Of a stretch of DNA of 64,000 nucleotides, positions 54,030 through 63,938 are shown piece by piece (position 1 is the first letter of the stretch; every line of letters begins with the position of its first letter). The notes below the pieces were generated by a model. The model searched no databases. It saw only the letters and a list, made by a program, of their open reading frames with translations, and had not been told where the DNA came from. The position numbers and the translations under genes are program-made. This DNA is from Patescibacteria group bacterium (lineage in GTDB: Bacteria; Patescibacteriota; Minisyncoccia; Phycocordibacterales; PALSA-1337), in NCBI GenBank assembly GCA_038061795.1, contig JBBTYL010000002.1:13193-77192 (forward strand). Reading direction: 5' to 3'.

Positions 54030-54296
54030 TCAAAAACTGAATGGGGTGCGGGGTCGAGGAAAGACCGGCTCGTCTTCTTCGACACGCCATATCGAAGGGC
54101 GACTAAAGCGTGACGGAAGAGTCTTCGGTGCTGGTGCAACAGGTTGCTCTGGCGGCACCCACTTCCCGGTACGTTTTTTCTCCTGCTTTTTAGCATACTT
54201 ACTACCGCCGCTAGGATTCTGCATAGCTTTCTGCTGATCAGTTCTATGTTTTTCCAACATCTGTCGGCGACGTGCTTCACGACTCAGTCTGCTCAT
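54030..54296 (-). CDS. Hypothetical small basic protein, GC-rich
   Basis: ORF with an upstream GGAG. Composition only. Confidence 0.3.
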   Translation of the reverse strand: MSRLSREARRRQMLEKHRTDQQKAMQNPSGGSKYAKKQEKKRTGKWVPPEQPVAPAPKTLPSRFSRPSIWRVEEDEPVFPRPRTPFSF

Positions 54297-54377
54297 ATAT
54301 GCTCCTGGTTGAGGTTTGTGTTGTTGAAACTTCGTGCTACTTTATTAGAAAGCTATCAAATACCAGCCTAAATTGCA

Positions 54378-54405
54378 AAAGTAAAACCGCGATCGACCCT
54401 GATCG
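54378..54405 (-). terminator. Intrinsic terminator of the PEP-CTERM protein gene
   Basis: CCGCGATCG-ACCCT-GATCGCGG hairpin with a minus-strand T-run. Confidence 0.5.
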
Positions 54406-54428
54406 CGGTCCTAGTGAAAACCTCCTGA

Positions 54429-55082
54429 TTACCGTCTGCGCCGAATGCGGCTAGTGAGCAGAAGCACTCCAGAACAAAGAATGGTTACCGATGATGGTTC
54501 AGGAATCGCGAGCATTGAAAGAAGTGATCTTTCGGCGAATTCGAATGGAGAATTAAAATCCGCCTTGAAAGCTTCGATCTCCCCCGAGGCTCTCGTAACC
54601 TCCATCATGATGCTCAGCCCGTCTATGTGGACCCAGTCAGGTGCGTAGTGGAGGTAGAGGATCTCGAACCTCTGGTCAATCACATCTCCATAGACCCCAG
54701 GCCCAGATATACTCATGCGCGGGCCCGGCTCATCGAAATCGCTGTAACAGACAGGGTGTTCGTACACCCCTTCAGTAAAAGCCGCCCCACCTGATGCCAG
54801 AGCTGCAAATAAATAATATCCGCCGAGGCCTTCGCCGCACGCGACCTCGAGAACGAATTGTCCGGCATTGTTGTCATAGTGCGTTGCCCCGATGATGGGG
54901 GGATTGTAGCAAAAGCTGTGGCTGACTGATCCGGGATCAAAGTCTATCGAACGGAGCGGGCTGTCCGCCGACAACGAAATGATCTCGAATTTGTTGGTTA
55001 TTAGTTGTGCGTTGGACTTGCTTCCCGCAATAAGAAAGAGCAAAACCAAGATGGACAAGAGCAATTTATTAATGATCTTCAT
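54429..55082 (-). CDS. Secreted protein with a C-terminal PEP-CTERM sorting signal, GC-rich
   Basis: Signal peptide. C-terminus IPEPSSVTILCSGVLLLTSRIRRRR is PEP, then a TM helix, then an Arg cluster. Confidence 0.55.
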   Translation of the reverse strand: MKIINKLLLSILVLLFLIAGSKSNAQLITNKFEIISLSADSPLRSIDFDPGSVSHSFCYNPPIIGATHYDNNAGQFVLEVACGEGLGGYYLFAALASGGAAFTEGVYEHPVCYSDFDEPGPRMSISGPGVYGDVIDQRFEILYLHYAPDWVHIDGLSIMMEVTRASGEIEAFKADFNSPFEFAERSLLSMLAIPEPSSVTILCSGVLLLTSRIRRRR

Positions 55083-55227
55083 GCGAACCTTTCTTCGACT
55101 GAATTTGGCGGCCGTTGATATGAATCTCAGGCTTTGTTGGTTGCCAAGGCGTTGAAAACGACTGTCCTATATTATGCATAAAAAAGGTATTTTGTCAATA
55201 CCATCCCGTACAAACAAAAACCTGGAG

Positions 55228-55491
55228 TTATCCGAGTTTCTTTGCTGCCACCATAATTCGAGACTTGTACCTCGCGGCCGTATTTGCCTTTATGAATTTT
55301 CGTTTCGCCGCCTTGTCCAAAGCTTTATAAAGAGATGGGATGAGCGCCTTTGCTTCCTTCGCCTTCTTTTCAGAGATGAGCTTTCGGAATTTCTTGAGAG
55401 GAACATCAATAGCGGCCTTTGTTCGGAGGTTATATACTCGCTTCCTTTCCCCTGCTCGAAGCGCTTTCTTTGCTGATGAAGTTATTGCCAT
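55228..55491 (-). CDS. rpsT: 30S ribosomal protein S20
   Basis: MAITSSAKKALRAGERKRVYNLRTKAAI ... LYKALDKAAKRKFI...NTAARYKSR. Start at the internal Met. Confidence 0.8.
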   Translation of the reverse strand: MAITSSAKKALRAGERKRVYNLRTKAAIDVPLKKFRKLISEKKAKEAKALIPSLYKALDKAAKRKFIKANTAARYKSRIMVAAKKLG

Positions 55492-55560
55492 ATATGTTGT
55501 ATGTATGAACAAACTAACATAAGCCTTTAAAAAAGACAAGGTTTCAGCTATGATAGACTC

Positions 55561-56139
55561 ATGATATCCCGTCTAACAGGCTCAATCGTGCATATAGATC
55601 AGAAATACATTGTTATAGACGTTCAGGGGGTCGGCTATAAGGTGGCTACAACCGCCGACATTATGACTAGGCTATCTAAAGAGAAAGTCTCAGTGACTCT
55701 CTGGACATATTTGGCGGTACGCGAAAACGCCCTTGATCTCTATGGCTTCACTTCCCTGTCAGAGCTTAATTTCTTCGAGTTGCTCATTACTATTTCTGGA
55801 ATCGGCCCGAAGACAGCACTCGGCATCCTAAATTCCGCTTCAGTTGAAACGCTTGAAACAGCCATACAGACTGGCGACACTTCCCATATAGTTAAAGTGT
55901 CTGGGATCGGAAAAAAGGTGGCAGAAAAGATCGTTCTTGAATTGAAAGATAAGGTGGAAAAAGTCACTCACACGCCTGAAGCGAAAACTGCGCTGCGAGG
56001 AGATGCTGACGCACTTGAAGCACTCAAATCGCTCGGCTACAGCCAAAACGAAGCTCGTGATGCCTTGAAAGAATTGCCAAAGACAATTACAAAGACGAGT
56101 GAAAAAATCAGGGAGTCACTGAAAATCTTGGGGAATTAG
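55561..56139 (+). CDS. ruvA: Holliday junction branch-migration protein RuvA
   Basis: MISRLTGSIVH...VIDVQGVGYKV, HhH motifs (ISGIGPKTALGIL, VSGIGKKVAEKIV), C-terminal domain III. Confidence 0.85.
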   Translation: MISRLTGSIVHIDQKYIVIDVQGVGYKVATTADIMTRLSKEKVSVTLWTYLAVRENALDLYGFTSLSELNFFELLITISGIGPKTALGILNSASVETLETAIQTGDTSHIVKVSGIGKKVAEKIVLELKDKVEKVTHTPEAKTALRGDADALEALKSLGYSQNEARDALKELPKTITKTSEKIRESLKILGN

Positions 56140-56157
56140 TTAGAGTGGCAGTCATTA

Positions 56158-56895
56158 TCAAACCGGTCTGAATGACGCGACGATGTGCCATCCTTCAGTA
56201 TTGGAGCCGTAGCGGCAGAATTTGTTATGAATCCGCAACACTGGCCTGATGATGTGCTGGGTTCTCGTAATGAAGAGCCTGTTTGCCAGTATCTGCGCAA
56301 GCAGCCAAGAGAGCCAGTTATTTCTGTAAATGAATTTGTGATCAATGAGCTCAAACCCAACAAGGTGCTTTTTTAGTAACTCGAGATCGTAATGCCTGAA
56401 ATGCTTCGGGTTAAGGCTGACATTGGTTGTCGGCACCGACACGATGAGGCGCTTCTTGGTTCTTTTCCTGAGAGAGGAAACGAAGCCTGGAATCTCTTCA
56501 TCTGGTATGTGTTCAAGCGTTTCAACGCATACTATTGCATCAAATGTGCCTTCAACTGTTAGGAAATCATCGGTATGGAAAGCAAGATTCTTATACTGGC
56601 CACCGAAAGCTTTTGCATATTGGATTGCCCTATCAGAGATATCGTATCCGACAAACTGATTTTTAGGATATTTTTTTGCAAGTTCAATAGTAATCTTTCC
56701 ATCGCCGCAGCCGACTTCTGCTACAGAACCATATGAGGAGTAGTCAATTTTTTCTACTACTTCAGAAACATATGAATAATATATTAAGCCCCACGAAAGA
56801 TAATCGTAGAGACTGAATGGGGACAGGTTTATGAGATGGTGGTACGGCCTTTTATATTCATCTTCCTGTAGCTTGGTCTGATTATCATTGTTCAT
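56158..56895 (-). CDS. Class I SAM-dependent methyltransferase
   Basis: Motif I VAEVGCGDGKITIELAKK. Motif II FVGYDISD. Confidence 0.7.
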   Translation of the reverse strand: MNNDNQTKLQEDEYKRPYHHLINLSPFSLYDYLSWGLIYYSYVSEVVEKIDYSSYGSVAEVGCGDGKITIELAKKYPKNQFVGYDISDRAIQYAKAFGGQYKNLAFHTDDFLTVEGTFDAIVCVETLEHIPDEEIPGFVSSLRKRTKKRLIVSVPTTNVSLNPKHFRHYDLELLKKHLVGFELIDHKFIYRNNWLSWLLAQILANRLFITRTQHIIRPVLRIHNKFCRYGSNTEGWHIVASFRPV

Positions 56896-57002
56896 ATTCG
56901 ATATACTGAATAATATCTTACAAATACAGAATCTCCAATAAATAGAAAACCGCCAGATTGCTCCGGCGGTCGTGAAAGAGACTCTGTGAACGAATCACAA
57001 CA

Positions 57003-58367
57003 TTATGGCGGTCCCCATTGAAGGCGGAACATTCGCATGCTGCCTGTCGTAGGTACATCCACGCTGAATGGCTGATCCGTTCCAGATGACGTGTTCATGT
57101 CGCTCCAATCGACCAGGTTGGTCGATGTCTGGAGCACATACCTGCCCCAAAACGAGCGTCCGTGTGAGATGGTTACGTAGCCGGGTCCTTGTTTTATCTC
57201 GAGATTGCGCTCGATGTTGAACAGGGCATTCCAAACTATGGCTCCGAAGTACTGATTCCCAAGCTTAGTCTCGTGGACCAAGTCGCTTTCTATGTAGCCT
57301 TGCGCGACCATCCAATCCATCGAATGGCATGGGTTTTGGCAATCCACATAAGTCTGCTCAGACGCAACTGTAAAATCCCTGACGGCAGCATTCTGCTGGA
57401 CGGTTATGGTATCCGCCGATAAGAAGTTGCTATCCTGTGAGGTTATCGGCGTGCCGATGTACGCTATGGCCATGTCGGGCATGGCGTTCGACTGCACTGT
57501 GGCACATTCGAGCAGTCGTGCTGTGAGTGAAGGACCGACTGGCTCCTTCATATGCCACAGCATGAGTACATTGCTGTGCGACAGACGATAGAGAGCCGAA
57601 AATATCGGGTCCCGTATCTTGGGCGACACATTTGTCATATACCCAAGATCGATTCCGCCGCGGTCCATGAATATGGAGATGGTACCAGGTGCCTGGCTGT
57701 TCTCGACATACCTTCCCAATATGATGTTAGTGGCGGCTGTATTCGTGGAAACGCCGATCTTGGTCCTATAATAATTCGGCTCCATGACTATATCAACGAC
57801 AGGATATCCCTCTCCATCGAGATCCGATGTATAGCCGTCAAGCCAGAGTAAGGTACCCCACGGTCCGCCGTTTGTTGATACCATGAGGGGAAACATTCCT
57901 CCTCCGGGGTATTTGACGGAAAACACGCCCAGCCTGTCTGAGAAGATTCCGTTTGGGGAACCTTGAGTCTCCCACCACAGCTCACTGCCAGGCGGGGTTA
58001 GTACAAAGTCATTGAACCAATACTTCCTCATGGCCGTATTGGTCAATACATTGACGAGAACCGCCCCGCCAGAACTTGCCCATAAGCTTTTGTTGCCGTA
58101 GTTGTTTAGGGCATATCCGGCAATTCCCACGCTGTGGGACATCCAGGTCATGTTCCAATATGCGGCTGACCGATATGAATCGGCCATCGAGTCGCCTTTT
58201 GAAAAAAGCCCCGAACGCCCAACCCGCGCTTTTTCACGGAAACTAGTGAGCCTGGTCGAGTTCGTGCCGACCGTAGTCAGGCTTGGGGCAGTAGGAACTA
58301 CCCCCATCGCCGAGAAACCGACAGCCGTCATGAGAACGGTAAGACAATAATGTAGTTGTATTTTCAT
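57003..58367 (-). CDS. Hypothetical secreted protein, GC-rich
   Basis: Signal peptide. No motifs recognised. ~52% GC. Confidence 0.4.
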   Translation of the reverse strand: MKIQLHYCLTVLMTAVGFSAMGVVPTAPSLTTVGTNSTRLTSFREKARVGRSGLFSKGDSMADSYRSAAYWNMTWMSHSVGIAGYALNNYGNKSLWASSGGAVLVNVLTNTAMRKYWFNDFVLTPPGSELWWETQGSPNGIFSDRLGVFSVKYPGGGMFPLMVSTNGGPWGTLLWLDGYTSDLDGEGYPVVDIVMEPNYYRTKIGVSTNTAATNIILGRYVENSQAPGTISIFMDRGGIDLGYMTNVSPKIRDPIFSALYRLSHSNVLMLWHMKEPVGPSLTARLLECATVQSNAMPDMAIAYIGTPITSQDSNFLSADTITVQQNAAVRDFTVASEQTYVDCQNPCHSMDWMVAQGYIESDLVHETKLGNQYFGAIVWNALFNIERNLEIKQGPGYVTISHGRSFWGRYVLQTSTNLVDWSDMNTSSGTDQPFSVDVPTTGSMRMFRLQWGPP

Positions 58368-58488
58368 TCTGTGATCTTTCTAATCGTTTGATTGTGTGGT
58401 GCTGATGTTAACCAGATATGATAGTAACACTTATTTATGATTAAGTCAATTAGTATTAAAAAAATAAAAAATAAGCCATAATGAAAAG

Positions 58489-59775
58489 ATGCTTGATAAA
58501 ATCCTCAACAAGGTCCGCCAATACGTGCCGACAAAGATCTTTGCCTTCTTTCAGCCAGCCTACCACTATTCCCTCGCCCTGCTGGCGGCGATCATATACC
58601 GATTTCCATCAAGGAAAATAAAGGTCGTCGGCGTAACTGGGACAAAAGGCAAGAGCACGACGACTGAAATCATCAATGCGATTCTTGAGGAAGCTGGCTA
58701 CAAGACAGCACTCTCAAATACCATTCGCTACAAGATAGGCAACGAATCGACCGACAATAGATTCAAGATGTCGATGCCTGGCAGATTCTTTGTCCAAAGC
58801 CTTATCAGAAAAGCCGTATCGGCAAAATGTAATTTCATCATCCTTGAAATGACGTCTCAAGGCACACTTCAGTTCCGACACAAGTTCATTCATCTTGACG
58901 CATTCGTCTTCACGAATCTCTCACCAGAGCATATCGAGTCTCATGGATCATATGAAAATTACGCGGCTGCAAAAGTGAAAATCGCCTGCGAGATGATGAA
59001 ATCAAAAAAATCAAACAGGATCATCGTGGCCAATGCCGACGACAAGGAATCAGTGCGTTTCCTCGGCTGCGAATCAGAGATCAAAGCAACCTTCAGCACG
59101 AAGGATGCGGAACCGTTCGAAATACAGAAGGAGGGAATCGATTTCACCCTTGGCGGAAAAAAGGTCCGATCTCCCCTTTCCGGCCTTTTCAACCTCTACA
59201 ATCTTCTCGCGGGAATCAGCTGCGCTCGTAGCCTCGGCATCTCCAATGACGTCATAGCCCGCGCGGTAGAAAAATTCGTCGGCGTCAGGGGAAGAGTCGA
59301 GAAAATAAAATCTGGGCAGGATTTCAATGTCGTCGTCGACTATGCCCACACTGCAGACTCGCTCGAAAAGCTTTACCAGGTATTCGAAACATCCAGAAGC
59401 ATCTGCGTGCTTGGCGGCACTGGCGGGGGCCGCGATAAATGGAAGCGAAAGGAGATGGGAAGGATCGCCGACGCCTACTGCGATGAAATCATCCTGACCG
59501 ATGAAGATCCGTATGATGAGGACCCAAAACAAATCGTGGCTGATGTTGCTGAAGGGATTTCAGGACAATCTCCGAAAATAATAATGGACCGTCGAGCAGC
59601 CATAGCCGAAGCAATAAAAAATGCCAGAACCGGCGATAGCGTACTCATAACTGGAAAAGGCACTGACCCGTACATCATGGGGCCGAATGGCACAAAGATG
59701 CCTTGGGACGACGCCAGAATCGCAAAAGAAGAATTGGAAAAGGCTATTTCAGCTGGACAGAATATCGCTCATTAA
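58489..59775 (+). CDS. Mur-ligase-family protein (MurE/MurF/CapB-like, lacks the MurE N-terminal domain)
   Basis: P-loop VVGVTGTKGKSTTTEI at aa ~48. Mur ligase middle and C-terminal pattern (IVANADDKES, DYAHTADSLEKL). Confidence 0.65.
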   Translation: MLDKILNKVRQYVPTKIFAFFQPAYHYSLALLAAIIYRFPSRKIKVVGVTGTKGKSTTTEIINAILEEAGYKTALSNTIRYKIGNESTDNRFKMSMPGRFFVQSLIRKAVSAKCNFIILEMTSQGTLQFRHKFIHLDAFVFTNLSPEHIESHGSYENYAAAKVKIACEMMKSKKSNRIIVANADDKESVRFLGCESEIKATFSTKDAEPFEIQKEGIDFTLGGKKVRSPLSGLFNLYNLLAGISCARSLGISNDVIARAVEKFVGVRGRVEKIKSGQDFNVVVDYAHTADSLEKLYQVFETSRSICVLGGTGGGRDKWKRKEMGRIADAYCDEIILTDEDPYDEDPKQIVADVAEGISGQSPKIIMDRRAAIAEAIKNARTGDSVLITGKGTDPYIMGPNGTKMPWDDARIAKEELEKAISAGQNIAH

Positions 59776-61009
59776 GAACCCTTCTTGTCTCTGACCCGGC
59801 CCTTTGCCCGTTTCCATCAATCCCATATTTCTTCTGAAATGCTGCAAGCGCACTGATGGTGCATGGTCCGAATTTTCCTGAACGAGGGCAGTCATTCTTC
59901 GTTTTCGGCTGCGGCGGGTACGTCCCTTCGAGAAGCAGTGCGGATTGCAAGGCAAGAACATCATTCTGATTAGAATCAGCGGCAGTCATATCCCCCGTCC
60001 AGCTATATGGAAGCACGAGCGTATCGTATGCAAGCGAAACATCGTTCCCGCTGCCAAAGAAATCTTGAAGTCCGATATATGTTTGGAATGCCAGGTCCTT
60101 GATGGTTGAATCGCGGACGTCTAGGTCGGTGAATTGCGGTTCGTAAATATAGCCGTATTCGATGAGCATGCTTGGCACGTCTAGCGTATTGTATGAGCCT
60201 ATGGCGATCAGGTCCTGTTCCTCGACGACCCCAGCCTCTTCCCTTGGAAAATCGCTCGTAGCATTGTATTTCGAGAGCCTTCTGAAAACAGAGTCGGCGA
60301 TCGCATTTGTTGTTGTGCTGTTCGCATATTGCTTTTCTGGTACATAGATCGCAAAACCTGAATATTTGCCGGGTGTTGAAGCGCTTTTGCGCGGATAATC
60401 ATTGAAATGAATATGAATGGCGATATCTATCCTATTCTCATTAGACCATTTATTGATTCCATAAAGCCGCAATGCGACATCCTGCCGAGCGCTATTATGT
60501 ATGAGCCCGTTTTCCACCATCTTCACATCGCCGCTGTTCACGAGGTGCAGCATCTCGCTCTTCCTCTCTTTGAAAAAAGCCATGATATCGCTCCAATTAG
60601 CGTTGAAATAATTTGCAAGCGTCGGGTGCCAATTGTACTTGTCGCGCGCAAGGAAAGACTCATAGTGCGGATTGCTATTGATGAAGCCCTCGAGATATCT
60701 CGCAAGATCGACGACCATATCACGTTCCTTGAGATTGCCGTATTCTGCCCCTCCATAATCAGGCTCGTGCCCTGGCATTATGAGTATCCTGACCTTCGCC
60801 TTGCTTCTCGGCGCAGCATTGTATTTATTCTGAAGCTGGGCGATGGTGATGACTGGCTTATGAAGAAACGCTGCGGTGAAATTATCTCCGACATAACTGA
60901 AGATGGAGTCAACGAAGCGTGTGCCTTGCGGAAATACTGTAATGGCCCAAGGCGTCCCTACGATTGACAGGGCGAAGATTGATATTAAAGTGTACTTGAA
61001 ATGTTTCAT
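59744..61009 (-). CDS. N-acetylmuramoyl-L-alanine amidase (Amidase_3) with a C-terminal peptidoglycan-binding domain
   Basis: ILIMPGHEPDYGGA...AIHIHFND amidase_3 zinc ligands. C-terminal LALQSALLLEG...FGPCTISALAAFQKKYGI PGBD. Start at the internal Met. Confidence 0.7.
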   Translation of the reverse strand: MKHFKYTLISIFALSIVGTPWAITVFPQGTRFVDSIFSYVGDNFTAAFLHKPVITIAQLQNKYNAAPRSKAKVRILIMPGHEPDYGGAEYGNLKERDMVVDLARYLEGFINSNPHYESFLARDKYNWHPTLANYFNANWSDIMAFFKERKSEMLHLVNSGDVKMVENGLIHNSARQDVALRLYGINKWSNENRIDIAIHIHFNDYPRKSASTPGKYSGFAIYVPEKQYANSTTTNAIADSVFRRLSKYNATSDFPREEAGVVEEQDLIAIGSYNTLDVPSMLIEYGYIYEPQFTDLDVRDSTIKDLAFQTYIGLQDFFGSGNDVSLAYDTLVLPYSWTGDMTAADSNQNDVLALQSALLLEGTYPPQPKTKNDCPRSGKFGPCTISALAAFQKKYGIDGNGQRAGSETRRVLNERYSVQLK

Positions 61010-61045
61010 CGAGCAGCAAAAAGCGAAATGTGGTATAAGAATTGT

Positions 61046-61945
61046 ATGCCAGAATTGCCAGAAGTACAAACTACAGCTTCAGGTCTCGATCGCGTGCTGC
61101 GTGGCCTTGTCATCACTGATGTCTGGACAGACTACGACAGCAAGTACTTTTATGGTTCAGATAGCATAAAGGACCCCGCCTATTTCAAAGGTTTCAAAAA
61201 GAATATCATCGGAAGGAAGATCATCAGCGTGACTCGCAGGGCTAAGAACATACTTATCCACCTATCTGCAGGAAAAACCATGCTTATCCATATGAAGATG
61301 ACGGGTCATATGCTCTATGGGAATTATGATCGAAAAGACCCGTTTAACAGGCATATCAGATTCATCGCTAAGCTATCGAATGGAAAGACCCTGGAGATGT
61401 GCGACACTAGGAGATTCGCCAAAATCACCATGCTTGATACCGAAACCATGCACGAAACCGAACACCTCAGGGGAATCGGGCCAGAACCGCTTGAAGATAG
61501 CTTCACCTTTAGCGCATTTAAAGAGAGGATCGGCAAAAAACCCCGAGGAAAAATAAAACCGGTGCTTCTTGATCAAGCCATAATTGCAGGCATCGGAAAT
61601 ATCTATAGCGATGAAAGCTTGTGGCGAGCCGGGATACACCCAGAACAACCGGTCGAGACCATACCAGAAAAAAAGTTGCGGGAATTGTATGCAGCTATCC
61701 ACACTACCCTCTTGAGAGGTATCGACCTCGGCGGAGACTCCATGTCAGACTATAGGAATATCGACGGCAAGCGGGGAAAATTCCAAGAACAGCATATGGC
61801 CTACAAGAGGACAGGGAAAGCTTGCCAGAAAAAAGGATGCGAAGGAAAAATTATCCGTACCGTCGTTGCCGGCCGGGGCACGCATTTCTGCGATGAACAT
61901 CAGAAGCTAAACAAGGCAGTAAAGAACAACCCCCGCAGCAACTGA
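61046..61945 (+). CDS. mutM: Formamidopyrimidine-DNA glycosylase
   Basis: N-terminal MPELPEV catalytic Pro2/Glu3. H2TH. C-terminal zinc finger CxxC...CxxC (CQKKGCEG...FCDEHQ). Confidence 0.85.
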   Translation: MPELPEVQTTASGLDRVLRGLVITDVWTDYDSKYFYGSDSIKDPAYFKGFKKNIIGRKIISVTRRAKNILIHLSAGKTMLIHMKMTGHMLYGNYDRKDPFNRHIRFIAKLSNGKTLEMCDTRRFAKITMLDTETMHETEHLRGIGPEPLEDSFTFSAFKERIGKKPRGKIKPVLLDQAIIAGIGNIYSDESLWRAGIHPEQPVETIPEKKLRELYAAIHTTLLRGIDLGGDSMSDYRNIDGKRGKFQEQHMAYKRTGKACQKKGCEGKIIRTVVAGRGTHFCDEHQKLNKAVKNNPRSN

Positions 61946-62386
61946 AACATTCAAGGATTCTTTTTCTCCAAGCATCGGAATTTCTGCGATCGTGTCGCAC
62001 ATGCTAAGAATTTCCTTCCCTACTCCATCGACTTCGTTTCCCATTATAATCAGAATTTTTTCTTTCCTTGGAATTTCTCTGTAATCGATCGAGGTATCAT
62101 CCTGTTCGACCGCGCAGATTTGAAAACCATTATGTTTCATATCCTTCATGAATTTTTGAATATCTCCGACGCTTTCCCAGGCGACCGTCTTTTCCGCTCC
62201 AAGCGAGGCTTTCGAGATATCAGCGCGTGCTCGGCCGAAGCGGTCTACTGGCGCTGGAGTATATCCTGATAAATAGATCTTTGAAACGGCTACCGCGTCT
62301 GCCGTTCGGAATATTGACCCGACATTGTGGGCGCTGCGGATATTGTGCAGAAGTACGTGTATTTCGAGAGTTTTTTGTGCTACCAT
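61907..62386 (-). CDS. SpoU/TrmH-family RNA 2'-O-methyltransferase
   Basis: NVGSIFRTADA ... ILIIMGNEVDGV SPOUT motifs. Confidence 0.75.
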   Translation of the reverse strand: MVAQKTLEIHVLLHNIRSAHNVGSIFRTADAVAVSKIYLSGYTPAPVDRFGRARADISKASLGAEKTVAWESVGDIQKFMKDMKHNGFQICAVEQDDTSIDYREIPRKEKILIIMGNEVDGVGKEILSMCDTIAEIPMLGEKESLNVSVAAGVVLYCLV

Positions 62387-62421
62387 GATATTACTTTATA
62401 GGAAATTAACCAAATATCAAC

Positions 62422-62781
62422 ATGTTATCGATTTTCCCATCTCTGCTAGCTTTCGAAGGATTCGCGCCGCTCCTTCTCCGCCTTACGGTCGGCGCAGTCT
62501 TTGCTCTTTGGGCTTATGGGAAATTGAAAAAACGTACAAACTCACAGGATATCGGCTTGGGGGTCATTGAAGCGCTCATCGCTCTCGGACTTGTTCTCGG
62601 CACCCTTACGCAGATTGCCGCTCTCGTGGCTGCAATAGTCCTCGGTATTCGCCTAGTGCAGAAAATACAGCAGAAAGCCTTCCTCACCGACGGGATTAAT
62701 TATTACCTTATTCTCTTCATCATTTCAATCACGCTTCTTCTTACAGGGCCTGGATTCTTGGCATTTGACTTGCCTTTATAA
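62422..62781 (+). CDS. DoxX-family membrane protein
   Basis: Four-TM pattern with LLRLTVGAVFALWAYGK typical of DoxX. Confidence 0.65.
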   Translation: MLSIFPSLLAFEGFAPLLLRLTVGAVFALWAYGKLKKRTNSQDIGLGVIEALIALGLVLGTLTQIAALVAAIVLGIRLVQKIQQKAFLTDGINYYLILFIISITLLLTGPGFLAFDLPL

Positions 62782-62804
62782 AAATACTATAGTTTTCCCA
62801 CCTT

Positions 62805-62877
62805 GCGCCTATAGCTCAGTTGGTAGAGCATCTCCCTTTTAAGGAGTGGGTCGTTGGTTCGATTCCAACTAGGCGCA
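62805..62877 (+). tRNA. tRNA-Lys (anticodon TTT)
   Basis: GCGCCTA TA GCTCAGTTGGTAGAGC A TCTCC-CTTTTAA-GGAGT GGGTC GTTGG-TTCGATT-CCAAC TAGGCGC A. Confidence 0.9.
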
Positions 62878-63546
62878 CAATAGAAAAGCCTCCAATCCTG
62901 TCTCCAATTCATGATTCCCTCTTCTTGCCTCATGATATACAGTTATAAGTCCATCCAGAAGTTTGAGCAATTCTTCTTGGCTCCAAACGCTGCTCCCTCC
63001 GGCAAGCATCATCGTCTTTGCCTTCCAAAAAAGGATCCCGTGAAGCTCTTCTGGGGCGCTGCCTTTACCGATATATTCCCTATAGAGCATCCAGAGTTCC
63101 TTCTTGTCTTTTCTCCCCAATGCGTTTGCAAGCTCAAAAACATTAGAATCCTCTTCTTTCTTTTCTTTTTCTTTCAAATCAAAGGTAACTGTTTTTTCTG
63201 ATTTCTTTTCAATTTTCGTTACAGTAGCTTTATCTATTTTTCCTTCAAGAACGATGAAAATATTTTCCGATTCGGAAATTTCCTTGAGGAGAACGATAAA
63301 CTCCGCTTTCACCTCTCTATTTCCACAGAGCCTGTCCAGAAAAACTATATATTTATTTGAAAAAAGCCCTTGTCCTCCGATATATTCCTGCAGTTGTGCG
63401 ATACTGAAATTCTCGCTACTGATATTGAAAAAAGCTGCGTCCGGCTTCTTTTTACGTAAGGAATCGATGAGCTCATGAGCCTTCATGCGGGCTTTGTCAG
63501 TGTCGGTTCCGTGATAAAAATAAATCATGGCTTTAGTATAGTGCAA
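62869..63546 (-). CDS. holA: DNA polymerase III delta subunit-like (short HolA)
   Basis: N-terminal MIYFYHGTD pattern and clamp-loader delta-like helical C-terminus. 3' end overlaps tRNA-Lys by 9 nt on the other strand. Confidence 0.55.
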   Translation of the reverse strand: MHYTKAMIYFYHGTDTDKARMKAHELIDSLRKKKPDAAFFNISSENFSIAQLQEYIGGQGLFSNKYIVFLDRLCGNREVKAEFIVLLKEISESENIFIVLEGKIDKATVTKIEKKSEKTVTFDLKEKEKKEEDSNVFELANALGRKDKKELWMLYREYIGKGSAPEELHGILFWKAKTMMLAGGSSVWSQEELLKLLDGLITVYHEARRGNHELETGLEAFLLCA

Positions 63547-63617
63547 ATGGGCTCATATAAAAAGTTCAGCCGGCGCTTGGTGTAAAGCGCCGGCTTGGCT
63601 GGCTGTCTGGTAACATT

Positions 63618-63938
63618 TCAAAATCCCTGGGCCTCGTTCCAGATGCTTGTGAGGATCGAGAAAATCTCGACGGCGTACGTGCAACCAGGCTGGGACGCGA
63701 GGTGCGAATGGCGAGAGTAGTCAGTGGAATCAGTAATGTTCACCGCTCGCTGCTCTCCTCGCCCAGTCAGGATAGCGATGATGCTCAAGCCCTTGTCGAA
63801 ACTTCCAAGGGAGGCCAGTGTTGGAAACGGCTGCTGGACCCGCATTTTTGCGAGGGAGCTTCCGAATTTTGCCACGGTTTGAACAGGATTCAGTATTGGT
63901 GGATCATGCATTATTCTCATTGGATTTTTTTGGTTCAC
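63618..63938 (-). CDS. Hypothetical protein, GC-rich
   Basis: Composition only. No motifs. Confidence 0.3.
   Translation of the reverse strand: MNQKNPMRIMHDPPILNPVQTVAKFGSSLAKMRVQQPFPTLASLGSFDKGLSIIAILTGRGEQRAVNITDSTDYSRHSHLASQPGCTYAVEIFSILTSIWNEAQGF

Noticed and set aside
53669-54280. 203-aa minus-strand ORF
   Set aside because: Runs antisense through tRNA-Arg(GCG) and part of a plus-strand CDS. Artefact of a long stop-free stretch.
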